A stretch of DNA of 64,000 nucleotides, taken from Candidatus Marinacidobacterales bacterium (GTDB lineage Bacteria > Acidobacteriota > Vicinamibacteria > Marinacidobacterales > SMYC01). The position numbers and the translations under genes are program-made. The notes under the pieces are model-generated. The model had not been told where the DNA came from. It ran no database searches and saw only the letters and a list, made by a program, of their open reading frames with translations. This document shows, in pieces, positions 20,796 to 33,174 of this stretch (positions are counted from its first letter, which is position 1; every line of letters begins with the position of its first letter). The stretch is taken from NCBI GenBank assembly GCA_965237955.1, contig OZ250169.1:1696001-1760000 (forward strand). The letters are read 5' to 3'.

Positions 20796-21623
20796 ATCGC
20801 TCCTGAAGGTCAAGGCCTCGGCGCGCGGCTTCGTCAAACGGGCCGAGAGAAAACGCGCTGGGGTGACTTCATCCTCACGCTAGATCGCGCTGTCTCCACG
20901 AATGACGTCGCCCTTGATTACGCGCGCAAGGGCGCTCCTCACGGAAGCCTCTTCATTGCCAGGGAACAGACCGCGGGGAGAGGTCGGTTCGGCCGACGGT
21001 GGGAGTCCCATCCGGGTGGGCTCTACCTAAGCGTGCTCCTCAGGCCACAACCAGGTGATCGCGATCGCGTGGCGCTCTTGCCTCACTTGAGCGCGGTCGC
21101 AGCTGCGGAAGCCGTGATCGAGACCACCGCGCTCGACGTGCGGCTACGTTGGCCGAACGATCTCTACACGAGCGGCCTCAAACTGGGCGGTGTCCTTTGT
21201 GAAGGCAGCTTCAGAGGTTCCGAGGCGGAAGCGTTCGTCGTGGGGATCGGCATCAACGTGAACCAACGGGTGGAGGCTTTTCCGGCGGACGTACAAGAGC
21301 GAGCAACAGTCTTGTCCGAGCACGCGCTCGGCACGCTCAACAGGCGTGACGTCGCCGCGCGTGTCGTCACCAGGCTCGAGACGTGGTGGAGGCTCGGTGA
21401 GCCAGCGCGGATCCTCGCGCGGTTCCGCGAGCTCGCCGAAGGCGCAACCGGCCACCGGATCCACGTCCAACCGCGAGACACTGAGAGTGAGCCGTTCGAA
21501 GCAGTGACCCGCGGGATCGCGGACGACGGCGGGCTCATCGTCGAGCTCGATGACGGAGAGGAGCGGATCTTGTACTCTGAGGATGTTGTCCAACTGCGGG
21601 ACGGTGATGACCGATCACGATGA
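20796..21623 (+). CDS. birA: Biotin--acetyl-CoA-carboxylase ligase (start uncertain)
   Basis: Frame open upstream of GTG 21033 encodes STND and EQTAGRGRFGRRWES; RWPNDL, KLGGVLCE, GIGINV. Confidence 0.88.
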   Translation: MAPEGQGLGARLRQTGREKTRWGDFILTLDRAVSTNDVALDYARKGAPHGSLFIAREQTAGRGRFGRRWESHPGGLYLSVLLRPQPGDRDRVALLPHLSAVAAAEAVIETTALDVRLRWPNDLYTSGLKLGGVLCEGSFRGSEAEAFVVGIGINVNQRVEAFPADVQERATVLSEHALGTLNRRDVAARVVTRLETWWRLGEPARILARFRELAEGATGHRIHVQPRDTESEPFEAVTRGIADDGGLIVELDDGEERILYSEDVVQLRDGDDRSR

Positions 21624-22272
21624 ACCTGATGAACATGATGAACAGGGCTACTTCGGAGACGTCGAGGCCTATTTCATCGAGCGCCGGGGGAGCCCGCTGT
21701 TCATCACCCCCGCCGAGTGGTTTCTCGTCTCGAAGTGGGAACAGAAGGGCATTCCATTGCACGTGGTTCAGGAGGGGATCGACCGCGTGTTCGAACGCCC
21801 GCAAGCCGCGGCGAAGCCGCGCAAGCTCGGCTACTGCCGGCAAACAGTCGAAGCGGCGTTCCGTCGCTTTCGCGAAGTGACGCTCGGCGGCGGTGAAGAT
21901 CCCGCTCCGGTCGAAGACCGCTTCGATGCCGCGGCACATCTCTCGCGTCTCGCCTCGAAACTGAGCGGTCTGAGCAGGCTGGCGGTGGCGCCCGAGCTCG
22001 CCGCGCGAGTGGAGGCGCTCGGCGGTTCTGGGGAAAGTCTTCAACGTATCGAGGACGCGTTGACTGCCATCGACGACGAGCTCGTGGAATTCGCCGAGGA
22101 CGCGCTCGAAGAGAACGATCGCGACGCGCTTCTCTCGGACGCGGGTGCTTCGTTGGCGTCGTATCGAGACCGGATGCCGGACAAAGTTTATCAGTCGGCG
22201 TTGAAGAGCGCGTACCGCAGACGGCTGCGAGACAAAGCGAAGCTCCCACGTTTGAGTCTCTACGATCGATAG
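21607..22272 (+). CDS. Hypothetical protein with possible DnaD-like helical N-terminal domain
   Basis: Overlaps birA end and abuts the methyltransferase gene; typical codon usage; ITPAEWFLVSKWEQKGIPLHVVQEGID...LGYC. Confidence 0.7.
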   Translation: MTDHDEPDEHDEQGYFGDVEAYFIERRGSPLFITPAEWFLVSKWEQKGIPLHVVQEGIDRVFERPQAAAKPRKLGYCRQTVEAAFRRFREVTLGGGEDPAPVEDRFDAAAHLSRLASKLSGLSRLAVAPELAARVEALGGSGESLQRIEDALTAIDDELVEFAEDALEENDRDALLSDAGASLASYRDRMPDKVYQSALKSAYRRRLRDKAKLPRLSLYDR

Positions 22273-22280
22273 CTTTTTTG

Positions 22281-23594
22281 ATGACGAGCTTCGACGTCAA
22301 GATCGAGAAAATCGTCGCCGGCGGCGACGGTCTCGCGCGACACGAGGGGCGTGTCGTTTTCGTACCCGAGACCGCGCCGGGCGAGCGCCACCGTGTGGAG
22401 ATCGTCCAAGCAAAGAAAGACTACCTTCGGGTCGGAAGCGTCGCCTGCCTCGAGTCGTCCCTGTCCCGCCGAGAAGCCCCCTGTCCGTACTACGGGCGCT
22501 GCGGCGGCTGCTCGCTGATGCACCTCGATCTCGACGCGCAGCTCGAGGCAAAAAGGGGCATCCTGTTGGAAAGCTTCGGCCGAAGTGGAGTCGAAACGAG
22601 CGACATCCCGCTCGAGCTCACGCCCTCGCCCGAGACCGGCTACCGAACGCGTCTACGATTCCACGTGTCCCTTCGGAGCGATCGGCTAAGAATGGGGTTT
22701 CGTCGCCGGGGCAGCCACCAAGTGGAAGACGTCGAGAACTGTCGACTCGCCGGGAGCGGGCTCAACGAACGCTGGCGGCGGATCAGGCGTTTCTTCGAGA
22801 ACGAATCTTCCATAGCACGCGGCCTGGTGTCGATCGAGCTACAAGAATCCAGCCACGACCCAGGGAGGGTTGTCGGGCATTTTCTCGTCCGATCTAGTGA
22901 TGAGCTTCGTCGATTCGACCGCGATGTTCGCGACACGCTGCTCCATCGGGCCTCACTCGAGGGCCTGGTGGTGGCTGCGGGGTCTCACGACGTGCGCGCC
23001 GGCCGGCCCTCGGTGCATCATCAGGTGGGCCACGTCTTGCTGCGCCAGAGTGTCGGAGCCTTTTTCCAGACGAACCGCTTTCTGCTGGAGAAGCTGGTCG
23101 AGGTCGTTTCTCCCGAGGCGGATGTGGCGCGGCTCGTGGACTTGTATTGCGGCGTCGGTTTGTTTTCGATTCCCCTTGCGCGTCACGCGCGAGAAATCGT
23201 GGGTGTCGAAACGTCGCCGGTTGCCGTGCGCGACGCTGTCGCAAACGCCGAGGCTGCGGGCGTCGACAGAGCTCGGTTCGTCTGCGCCGACGCCGCCCGT
23301 TTCGCGGAAGGCTTTCGTTTCGGCCGGGACGACTACGTCGTCGTCGACCCGCCCCGAGGCGGACTCGCGCGCGCGATCCGAAAAGCGCTCGCGAAGAGCT
23401 CGGTTCGTCGAATCTGCTACGTGTCGTGCGATCCACCAGCGTTCGCCCGCGATGCAGCCGCGTTTCTCGCGAACGGCTTTCGCATCGACCGTCTCCACCT
23501 TCTCGATTTCTTTCCGAACACCCATCATTTCGAGACGGTGGCGGCGCTCTCCCGCCCAGCACTTGATTCGGCCCCCCAGGAGGGACGATACTAG
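22281..23594 (+). CDS. rlmD: 23S rRNA m5U methyltransferase (RlmD/TrmA family, TRAM domain)
   Basis: TRAM domain, CPYYGRCGGC, FFQTN, DLYCGVG, DPPRGG, YVSCDP, DFFPNTHHFE. Confidence 0.9.
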   Translation: MTSFDVKIEKIVAGGDGLARHEGRVVFVPETAPGERHRVEIVQAKKDYLRVGSVACLESSLSRREAPCPYYGRCGGCSLMHLDLDAQLEAKRGILLESFGRSGVETSDIPLELTPSPETGYRTRLRFHVSLRSDRLRMGFRRRGSHQVEDVENCRLAGSGLNERWRRIRRFFENESSIARGLVSIELQESSHDPGRVVGHFLVRSSDELRRFDRDVRDTLLHRASLEGLVVAAGSHDVRAGRPSVHHQVGHVLLRQSVGAFFQTNRFLLEKLVEVVSPEADVARLVDLYCGVGLFSIPLARHAREIVGVETSPVAVRDAVANAEAAGVDRARFVCADAARFAEGFRFGRDDYVVVDPPRGGLARAIRKALAKSSVRRICYVSCDPPAFARDAAAFLANGFRIDRLHLLDFFPNTHHFETVAALSRPALDSAPQEGRY

Positions 23595-23692
23595 CTTTGC
23601 GCACAGCTTCTCCGAGACAGCTAAGACGTACAGAATCGAGCTAACGCTCGATATCAACGAGTGGCTGTTCGAAGCGATTGGGAGAGCGTTCG

Positions 23693-24613
<921 letters not shown>

Positions 24614-24635
24614 TTTCTAGCACGGGCGCGCGGTT

Positions 24636-26995
24636 GTGAGGGCGCCCGCGCTGCCGCTTTGCCTCGCCCTCGTCGTCGGCATCCTGGCGCCCCCTCGGTT
24701 GAGTCCGCTGCAAGCGTTTGGCGTTGCATCCTTTGCGCTCGCGGGCGCTTTTTTGTGTGCGGCTCGGCATCGCGCGATCTCGGGATCTATTTGTGTCGTC
24801 GTGGCGTTCGCTGTTCTCGGAAACGTGGCGAGCGCGCTGCATACGCATGCCGTGGAACGCTCCGAGCTTCTCCTGGCCTACGAGCGATTTGGCGAGCGCG
24901 TATTCTCCTCGCCGCGCCTTACGACGGGACGGCTCCGCCGGGAGCCGGAAGCACGTGCCGACGCTACGCTTCTCAGCGTCGACGTCGAAAGTATCGTCAT
25001 CGGTCGTCGCGACATCAAGGCCGCGGGCGGTCTGAGGGCGAGCGTACGGGGCGAGCGGAGAGCGGCCCTCGAAACACTGGTTGCCGGCGATCGCGTGCGC
25101 TTTTGGGCGGTGGTCCGGGAGCCCGTGTTCTTCAGCAATCCCGGGAGCTTCGACGGCGCGCGCTATCTAGCGCGGCAGCACGTCGATCTGTTGGGCTCGG
25201 TCAAAAGCGGCCTTCTCGTGAACCGGGTTCAAAGCTCGCCGACGCCGTCGGCGTTCGTATCGCGTCTGAGGCGTCGGGTTTGGAACGCCTCGGCACGGAG
25301 CTTCGATCGCCGCCATCGCCGGATGCCTTCGGGGTCGTCGCCGCGCTCGTGACCGGTGTTCGCACCGAGCTTTCACCGGAGCTGATACGTCTCTACCAGC
25401 GGGCCGGTATCTTCCATGTCATGGCGATCAGCGGCGCTCACGTCGCGATCTGGATCGCGTGTCTCTATGCTTTGTTCCGGTGGATGGGGCTCAGCACGCG
25501 CGCGACGCTGGTTCTGTTGATGTTGGTGCTTCCGCTCTACGCCGTCTTCTGTGGCAACCGCGCGCCCGTTGTCCGCGCGGTGCTGATGGCGTTGCTTCTC
25601 ATGGGTGCCCGCCTTCGGAGCCTCAGAGCGCCGGCCGAGAACGCGCTCGCGGTCGCTGCGTTGATGCTCCTCGCGTGGGAGCCCGCGAGCCTGTTCGATG
25701 CTGGCTTCCAGCTCACGGTGGCGGCGATGGTGACCATTGTTGCTTTTTACGAGCGCTTCGCCGAGTGGCTCGCGCCGCTCGGCTTCCTCGCCAAGCCGCT
25801 CGCGGTCTCGATCGCGGCTCAACTCGGCGTCATGCCGGTCGCGGCGTGGCATTTTCATCGTTTGAATCCAGCAGCACCGCTGGCCAGCCTCGTGGGCATC
25901 CCCGTCGCCGCGGCGATTTGTATTTTGGGTGTCGTCCTCGTCTTCGTTTCCGGTATTCCGGTTGTGGCCGCGATCGTGAGTGCCGCGACGCGCCTCGCGG
26001 TAACCGTTCTTACCGGTGTTGCGGAGCTTGCGGCAGAGCTTCCTGCCGGCTCGATCCGCGTCGGCGCGCCATCATGGATTTTCGTCGGCGTGTACGTGGG
26101 CGCGCTCATCGCTCTACTGTCGACATCCAAGCGTCTTCGCGCGAGTGGAGGCCTACTCCTCGGCGTTTTGCTCGTCGCCGCAATCTTTCCGTTGCGCGCG
26201 AGCCCGGGAGTGCTCGAAGTCAACGCGCTCGACGTGGGGCACGGTGATGCGATTCTGTTGACGCTTCCGGACGGGGGAAATGTTTTGGTGGACGGCGGTG
26301 GGCTGCCGTTCGCGTTGCTCGATGTGGGAGAGAGTGTCGTTCTGCCCTTCTTGCTCGATCGAGGCGTGCGAAGACTCGACGCGGTCGTAGTGACCCACGC
26401 GGATTTCGATCACATCGGCGGGCTCGCGACCGTCGTCAATGAGTTGCGCGTCGATGCGATCTGGCAGGGAAATCCTGACAGGAAACGTCCAGCGTATCGC
26501 GAGTTGCGCGAGCGCGCCGACGAACGGAATGTAGCGGTGCGCACTCTCAGAGCAGGTGAAAACTTCGAGCTCGGCGGCGCACACTTCGAAGTGCTGGCAG
26601 CCGGCGAAGGCTCTCTCGAGACGTCGAACGATCGCTCAGTGGTGCTGCGAATCGGCTACGGCGGGCGACACGTGCTACTGACCGGAGACGCGGAAGAGGA
26701 GCTCGAACGGCGCCTCGTTCGTTCGGGAATGGATCTCCGCGCTGATGTTTTGAAACTCGCGCATCACGGCAGTCGAAGCTCGAGCTCGAGCGCGTTCCTC
26801 GACGCGGTACAACCGCAGTTCGCCATCGTGTCCGCCAGAAGAAACCGCTCCCGCCCCATACCATCCGCGCTCGTGCTTCACCGTTTGCGCGAACGAGGCA
26901 TCGAATACGCAAGAACGGACCGCAACGGAACGGTAACGGTCCGCATCCACAAAGACGGCCAAATGGAAGTCTCCACTCACCGGCAGAGGAGGTAA
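24636..26995 (+). CDS. comEC: ComEC/Rec2 competence protein (frameshift near 25280-25315)
   Basis: SNPGSFD in first frame; GIFHVMAISGAHV, DAGFQL, DVGHGDA, THADFDHIGG, LTGDAE, HHGS in second frame. Confidence 0.92.
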
Positions 26996-27015
26996 AAGAA
27001 AACGCAGGGGTTCTC

Positions 27016-27064
27016 GGCTGACGGCCGATGGCTGATGGCTGATGGCTGATGGCCGATGGCAGAT
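27016..27064 (+). repeat. Heptamer tandem repeat GGCYGAT x7 between convergent comEC and mazG
   Basis: ggctgac ggccgat ggctgat ggctgat ggctgat ggccgat ggcagat. Confidence 0.9.
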
Positions 27065-27067
27065 CCT

Positions 27068-27841
27068 CTACAAGCCCTTCGCTTCTTGCCAGAGACGTTC
27101 CAGCTCCTCCATGGTCGTCTCCTCGACCGTCCGTCCCTGCGACGCGAGCTCGGTCTCGATATGACGAAATCGTTTCGAGAACTTCTCGTTCGCGTCCGAG
27201 AGAGCAAGCTCGGCATCGGTATCTGCGTGGCGAGCCAAGTTGACCATCGCGAACAGTAAATCGCCGACCTCCTCGCGTATGGCGTCGGCGTTTCGGGAAC
27301 GGCGTGCCTCGTCCAGCTCGTCGAGCTCCTCTTCGATCTTGTCCCGAATCTCGTCGCCTGACTCCCAGTCGAAACCTACGTTCGCGGCGCGCTTCGAAAG
27401 TTTGGCTGCACGGGATAGAGCGGGAAGCGAGCGCGGCACGCCGTCGAGAACCGATGCGCGGTCGGGCTTTTCTCGGGCTTTGATCGCTTCCCAGCGTTCG
27501 AGGGCTTCGCCGGCGTTGTCCGCCGGAGACGAGCCGAAAACATGTGGATGGCGGCGTACGAGTTTTTCGCGAATACCGCGGGCAACATCGGCCATCGTGA
27601 ACTGCCCGGCTTCGGCCGCGATCTGCGTTACAAAGACGACTTCGAGAAGAAGATCGCCCAATTCTTCACGGATCGCGTCGGTTTCGCCTTGTTGAATCGC
27701 ATCGACGAGCTCATGAGCTTCCTCGAGCACGAACGGCCGCAGCGTGCTCATGGATTGCTCGCGGTCCCACGGACACCCGTCGGGGCCGCGAAGTCTAGCC
27801 ATGATCGCCAGAAGCTTTTCGAGCTCCGAGCCTTCGGTCAC
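27068..27841 (-). CDS. mazG: Nucleoside triphosphate pyrophosphohydrolase
   Basis: GCPWDREQ, EELGDLL, KLVRRHPHVF, GFDW, EVGDLLF. Confidence 0.96.
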   Translation of the reverse strand: MTEGSELEKLLAIMARLRGPDGCPWDREQSMSTLRPFVLEEAHELVDAIQQGETDAIREELGDLLLEVVFVTQIAAEAGQFTMADVARGIREKLVRRHPHVFGSSPADNAGEALERWEAIKAREKPDRASVLDGVPRSLPALSRAAKLSKRAANVGFDWESGDEIRDKIEEELDELDEARRSRNADAIREEVGDLLFAMVNLARHADTDAELALSDANEKFSKRFRHIETELASQGRTVEETTMEELERLWQEAKGL

Positions 27842-28086
27842 GGTCGAGGATTATACCCTCCGCGGCCGGCCCCGTCCTCATAAATCTCTGAGAAGAGATA
27901 AGATACAGGCACGCGTGTGTGTTGATTCACCTATCCCGCTATGTTATTTTAGGTTATTGCCCCGGTACTGACACCGAACGAACTGAACCCGGCTCGAACG
28001 TTGGGGGTCCTTGTCGTTTTAGTCGAATGGATTCAACTGCATGCTCATGACAAAAACAAAGGTCATTCATAGCTAAGGCTTGGATC

Positions 28087-29988
28087 TTGGTTCGCTCGTT
28101 GAGATATCTCGCGTGGACGTTGGTTCGAGCAAGCGCGGTCGTGTGCCTTGTCGTCACGACGCCCGCGCTTGGTGAGTCGCAGGCTGCCGACGGTTCCGAA
28201 ACACTGTCTCTCCATACTTCGTTCAACCACTACTGGCGCCGCTACCTCCAGGCTGCAGGCGCCGGTGATTCCGATACCGCTGAACGGATGCTCGAGGAGA
28301 TCAAGCGGCTGCGCGTGGAGCGCAACGCGTTCGCGCTCCACGACGTGGGCATGTGTTCGTTTATCAAGGATTCGCGCTTCTCGAAAATGGAGACGTCGAG
28401 GGCGCACGCGGCCACTTCGAGATCGCGAGAGATCTCAGCCCGAATCTACCCACCGCTCGCTGGGGCTTGGCGAGAATTGACGAGCGCTCGGGCGCGTTCG
28501 GTCACGCCACCGCAATCGTTCACCGCGTGCAGGCGCAGCTCGCCGCGCTTCGATCGGAGCGTGACGGGCCGTACGCGACGTGGAACCTTCTGTTCCTCAT
28601 CTTTACGAGCGTCATGCTCGTCTTCACCGTATTCGCCGTGGCCATGCTGTATCGCTATGGCGTTCTCCTCTTCCACGATCTCGAAGAGCGGTTCGGCGAT
28701 CGGATCGGGAGCAAAGGGGCTCTGGCGGCGACGTTCGGAGCGGTGTTCTTGCCGCTCATCCTGACCGCGGGCGTAGGATGGCTTGCCCCTTATTGGCTCG
28801 CGGTGACGTTCGGTTACCAATCGGTCAAGGGAGAGGGTGGCAACCGTGTTGGCCCTTCTGGTGTTGCTCGCCACCGCACCGTTCGTCGAGCTCTACGCGA
28901 CGTGGTCCCGAACCGTCTCGAATCCGGTGTACCAAGCAGCTCTATCGTCGACAACGGGAACGTTCGACGTCGACGACGTTTCGGTGTTGCGCGAAGCGGC
29001 CCGCCAAAGTCCTTCCGATCGGGACCTCCAGTTTCTTGCTCGCCACGCAGTACAAGAACCTCGGCGACTACGAGATGGCGGCGAACCAGTACCGGCGCAT
29101 CCGCGAGAATTTTCCGGGGGACGTCGAAGCCCAAGTCAATCTCGGCAATATCTATTTCGCTCAACGCGACTGGGATAGCGCTCTGGCTCAGTACAACGAT
29201 GTGCTCTCGTCGAACTCGCAGAACGCGATGGCCTACTACAACAAGAGCCTCGCGCACGCCGAGAATTTCCAGTTTTCCGAGCGCGAGGATGCGCGGGCTC
29301 GCGCGGAAGGAATCGATTCCATCGCGGTCGCCGCGCACGAGCAACGCACCGGCAGCTATCGGGTTGTCGCCGATGCGCGTCTGGACGAAACCGCGATCCT
29401 CGCAAAATTCTACGGTCTTTCCGAAGGCATGCGGGAGCAGCCGGTCGAAGCCTTTTTGGACGCGTCGCTTCTCGAAGGTTGGGGCATCCGCTTCGTCGCG
29501 GTACCCGTCGCTCTGGGCGTTTTGATTCTGCTACTCGAGCTCTTCTCGCGGGAGCGCAAGCTCACGAAGCGATGCTGGAAGTGCGGCAGCGCGTTCTGCG
29601 GACGTTGCCAGATCGGAACCGGCCGGAAGGGTCTGTGCACTCAGTGTACCACTTGTTCTTCATGAAGGACGGCGTGTCCGCGCAAGCGCGCAACGAGAAG
29701 CTGGGGCAAGTTCAGCGCGCGTCCACCAAGCGGTCCGTCGTGTTCCGTTTGCTGTCGATCGTAGCGCCCGGCAGTGGCCATATCAGCGAGGGCATGCCGA
29801 TCATCGGTTCACTGCTCTTGTTGGTATGGACTCTGGCGGCGTGCACGATCTGGATCGGTGGTTCGCTCTACTCTCTGCCCGATGGTCTCTTGGGTCTAGG
29901 TGCATCACCGTCGTACGCGATGATGGCCCTGATGGTCGTGATGTTGGTGCTCGCCAACGTCATTTCGCGTCCGATGTCGCGTGGCTAG
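28087..29988 (+). CDS. Membrane TPR protein with Cys-rich zinc-finger-like segment (about 4 frameshifts)
   Basis: Joined ORFs 28087/28353/28837/28580/29479: TPR helices, TM segments, CWKCGSAFCGRC...CTQC, APGSGH. Confidence 0.75.
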
Positions 29989-29991
29989 GAA

Positions 29992-31288
29992 ATGGCTCTC
30001 TCAGGCACCCTGAAAGATTTCGCGCTCCCCGATATCTTTCAGCTCATCGGGATGCAGCGTAAGACCGGTCTGCTCACGCTCGAGAGCGAGCGCGAGACCG
30101 TGAGCGTCGTGTTCGAGCAAGGGATGGTCGTCCACGCGGACTCGACAGTGAGACGACTCGACGATCTCCTCGGCAACGTCCTCGTTCGCCAAGGCAAGAT
30201 GCGGAAAGAAATCCTCGAAGAGGCCCTCGCGAAGCAGAAAGTTTCCATGCAGCGGCTCGGCTTCATTTCTCACGAGCCAGGGCTACATCGAGCGTGGCGA
30301 CTTGACCTCGGCGCTTTCCGAGCAAGTCCAACAGATCGTCTTCCGTGTCTTCCGGTGGAAGGCTGGAAACTACCACTTCGACCCGGCGGCGGATACCGAC
30401 TACGACCGCGAAAACGCCAGTCCCGTCAGCACCGACCACATCCTCATGGAAGGGATCCGGCGCGTCGACGAGTGGCCGATCATCGAGAAGCGTATTCCGT
30501 CTCTCGAGTCCGTCTTCCGGCCGTTGGTGCCGCAGAAACAAATCAAGGTCGTGGACGAGTCGGACGATAGTGGAGGCCTCGCATCTGCTTTCGGGAACGT
30601 CGCAAGCGGCGACGACAACGAGAACAACGCGACGTCAGAGGTCGTGCTCAACACTCAAGAGGCGAAGATTTACAAGCTCGTCGATGGCAAACGATCGGTA
30701 GCGACGATCATGGAGATGACCGGACTGTCGGACTTCGACGTGTGCCGGACTCTCTTCGATTTCCTCGACCGCAATCTCGTCGCCACTGCGGGCCAGGAGC
30801 GGGCGCGCACACAACGCCAGGCGGGACCACGTGTTGAAGACGGAGCGCCGAGCCAGACGGTCGGACTCCTCGGACTCGTCGTCGTGCTCGCTCTGAGCGC
30901 CGTTGGCTTCGCGGTGTCGATGGGCGTGCCGTTCCGGGTGCCGGCGCTTCCGAGCTTCTTGCTGCAAGAATCCGAGACGATACAAAGAAGCCGCGACGTT
31001 GCCGGCATGCAACGGATCGTGAGCGCGTTGCGTGCGTACTACATGGCGTTCGGCACGTATCCCACCACGCTCGATGACCTCGTGAACGCGACTCCACCTC
31101 TCGTTTCCACCGACGATCTGCGCGGAGTGGGTGGAGAGCCCTACCGCTACCAGACATCACCGGAACGAGTCGTCCTCCAGGCGATTGGGCCTTCCGGTGA
31201 ACCCTACCTGAGTGTCGTTCGCGAGATCCTTCCCGAAGAGATTACCCTTCCGGGTCCTCCTTCGGTAGGATCATCCGGGCCTGAGTAA
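29992..31288 (+). CDS. DUF4388-domain membrane protein (frameshift ~30265)
   Basis: MALSGTLKDFALPDIFQLI, LMEGIRRVDEW, TM helix, GspG-like ALRAYYMAFGTYPTTLDDLV. Confidence 0.82.
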
Positions 31289-31313
31289 GGGGCCCCCTAG
31301 GGTCAAGACCCCG

Positions 31314-32258
31314 ATGAAACTCTGCTACTACCCCAACGTCGATCTGCTTGAGAACGCGCGACCCGCGGTCACGCTCGGGAACTTCGACGGCGTCCACCTC
31401 GGCCATCGAAAAACGATGGAGCTTTTGAAGGTGCGCGCCAAAGCCCTCGCGTCGCCAGCGGTGGCGGTGACGTTCGAGCCGCACCCGGTGAGTGTTGTGC
31501 GTCCCGAGCAGGCACCGAAGCGCATCTTGACGCCCGAGCTCAAGCAAGAGGTGTTGGCCGAGTTGGGCATCGACTTTCTCGTCATCATCCACTTCACGGA
31601 AGAGTTCTCCCGCATCGAGCCGGACGCGTTCGTCGAACGTGTGCTCGTCGAAAAGCTCCACGTCGCCGAGCTCGTTCTCGGCGGCAACTTTCGCTTCGGC
31701 CGGGGCCGCGCCGGAGATCTCGAGGCGCTCAAAGCGCTCGGCGAGCGTCATGGGTTCGTCGTCCATCAAGTCGAGGCGTCGCGTCACGACGGCGCGATGA
31801 TCTCGAGCTCGCGCATCCGCGAGAGCCTGATGGATGGCGATGTGGAAGAAGCGGGGCTCATGTTGGGGAGACCGTTCTTTGTTCAGGGCACCGTCATCGA
31901 GGGCGATGGTCGTGGGCGCTTGATGGGCTTTCCCACGGCGAACGTCAAGGTGGACGGCGACGTCCTAATAGGCGACGGAGTGTACGTGACCGATGCGATC
32001 GTAGAGGTTGAGCGTTACCATGGGATGACCCATGTGGGCCGGAGGCCTACGTTCGGTCTCGACGAGCGCATGGTGGAAACGCATCTTTTCGACTTCAATC
32101 GAGAGATTTACGGAGCGGTAACTCGCCTTTACTTTCACCGACGGATCCGGGGGACGGTGGCGTTCGACTCGGCAGAGGCGCTCAAGGCTCGTCTCGAGGA
32201 GGACGAGGACGAGGCGCGGAGCTTCTTTCGCGGGCGCGGCCGGAACCTTGTGTTGTAA
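31314..32258 (+). CDS. ribF: Bifunctional riboflavin kinase / FAD synthetase
   Basis: GNFDGVHLGH, TFEPHP, ISSSRIR, GFPTAN, ETHLFDF. Confidence 0.97.
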   Translation: MKLCYYPNVDLLENARPAVTLGNFDGVHLGHRKTMELLKVRAKALASPAVAVTFEPHPVSVVRPEQAPKRILTPELKQEVLAELGIDFLVIIHFTEEFSRIEPDAFVERVLVEKLHVAELVLGGNFRFGRGRAGDLEALKALGERHGFVVHQVEASRHDGAMISSSRIRESLMDGDVEEAGLMLGRPFFVQGTVIEGDGRGRLMGFPTANVKVDGDVLIGDGVYVTDAIVEVERYHGMTHVGRRPTFGLDERMVETHLFDFNREIYGAVTRLYFHRRIRGTVAFDSAEALKARLEEDEDEARSFFRGRGRNLVL

Positions 32259-32336
32259 AATGCGTACCCATAAGTAGGACGGTTTTGCGGTGGGGTCCCG
32301 GTGGTCCTAGGAGATTTCTGTTTGGCTGATCTAACA

Positions 32337-32681
32337 ATGGAGAGCCGGCAAGTGGGTGATGTGACCGTGATCTGCCCCCAGGGTTTCATCAACGCACACA
32401 CCGTCCGTCAATTCGAGCAGGCGCTGAGCCAGGCTCTCGAGGACGGTCACGACAAGATCCTCATCAACGGCTCGGGGCTGGCGTACATCGCGAGTGCCGG
32501 GCTCGGCGTGATCATGGGTCTGATCGAGGATACGCGGGCCAAAGGCGGGGACATCCGCCTCGCGGAGCTCAACGACACGGTGCGCAACATTTTCGAGGTG
32601 CTCGGCTTCAACCACCTCTGCAAGATATTGAGCTCGGAACAAGAGGGGGTGGAGAGCTACCAGGCGGGCACCGCGGGCTAA
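32337..32681 (+). CDS. STAS anti-sigma-factor antagonist (RsbV/SpoIIAA-like)
   Basis: LAYIASAGLG phosphorylatable Ser motif, IFEVLGF. Confidence 0.9.
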   Translation: MESRQVGDVTVICPQGFINAHTVRQFEQALSQALEDGHDKILINGSGLAYIASAGLGVIMGLIEDTRAKGGDIRLAELNDTVRNIFEVLGFNHLCKILSSEQEGVESYQAGTAG

Positions 32682-32688
32682 CGTCGAC

Positions 32689-33147
32689 ATGTCGACCAAG
32701 TCTTCCGGCACGCGCGCGCTGATGGAGCTTTGCTTCCCCAGCGACAGCAAATACCTCCATATGGTGCACGAGATGACGCGGCTCCTGGCAGAGACGACGG
32801 GCTTCGAGACCGCGGAAGCGGAGAAGATTGCGCTCGCAGTCGACGAAGCAACCACGAACGTCGTGCAGCATGCCTACGGGGGGGAAGCGGGTCACGAGAT
32901 AGAAGTGCACTTCGATCCCGAGGGGGACAGCCTCGATATCGTCATCTTCCACGAGGGAAAGCCGCTCGAGTCCATGCCGGTGCCCGCGTTCGATCTCGAC
33001 GAGCTTGTTGCCGAGCACAAGACCGGCGGGCTCGGCCTCACGATCATGCGGCAGATGATGGACAAGGTGGAGCACACGAAAGCCGGGACCGGCAAGAACA
33101 TGTGCGTCATGGTCCGCTACAAGCAGCGTGATCCGGCCGAGAGCTAA
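32689..33147 (+). CDS. Anti-sigma factor Ser kinase (RsbW-like)
   Basis: LAVDEATTNVVQHAY, GGLGLTIMRQMMD. Confidence 0.9.
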   Translation: MSTKSSGTRALMELCFPSDSKYLHMVHEMTRLLAETTGFETAEAEKIALAVDEATTNVVQHAYGGEAGHEIEVHFDPEGDSLDIVIFHEGKPLESMPVPAFDLDELVAEHKTGGLGLTIMRQMMDKVEHTKAGTGKNMCVMVRYKQRDPAES

Positions 33148-33174
33148 GCGCCGGGACAAGATCGAATTTGGCCC

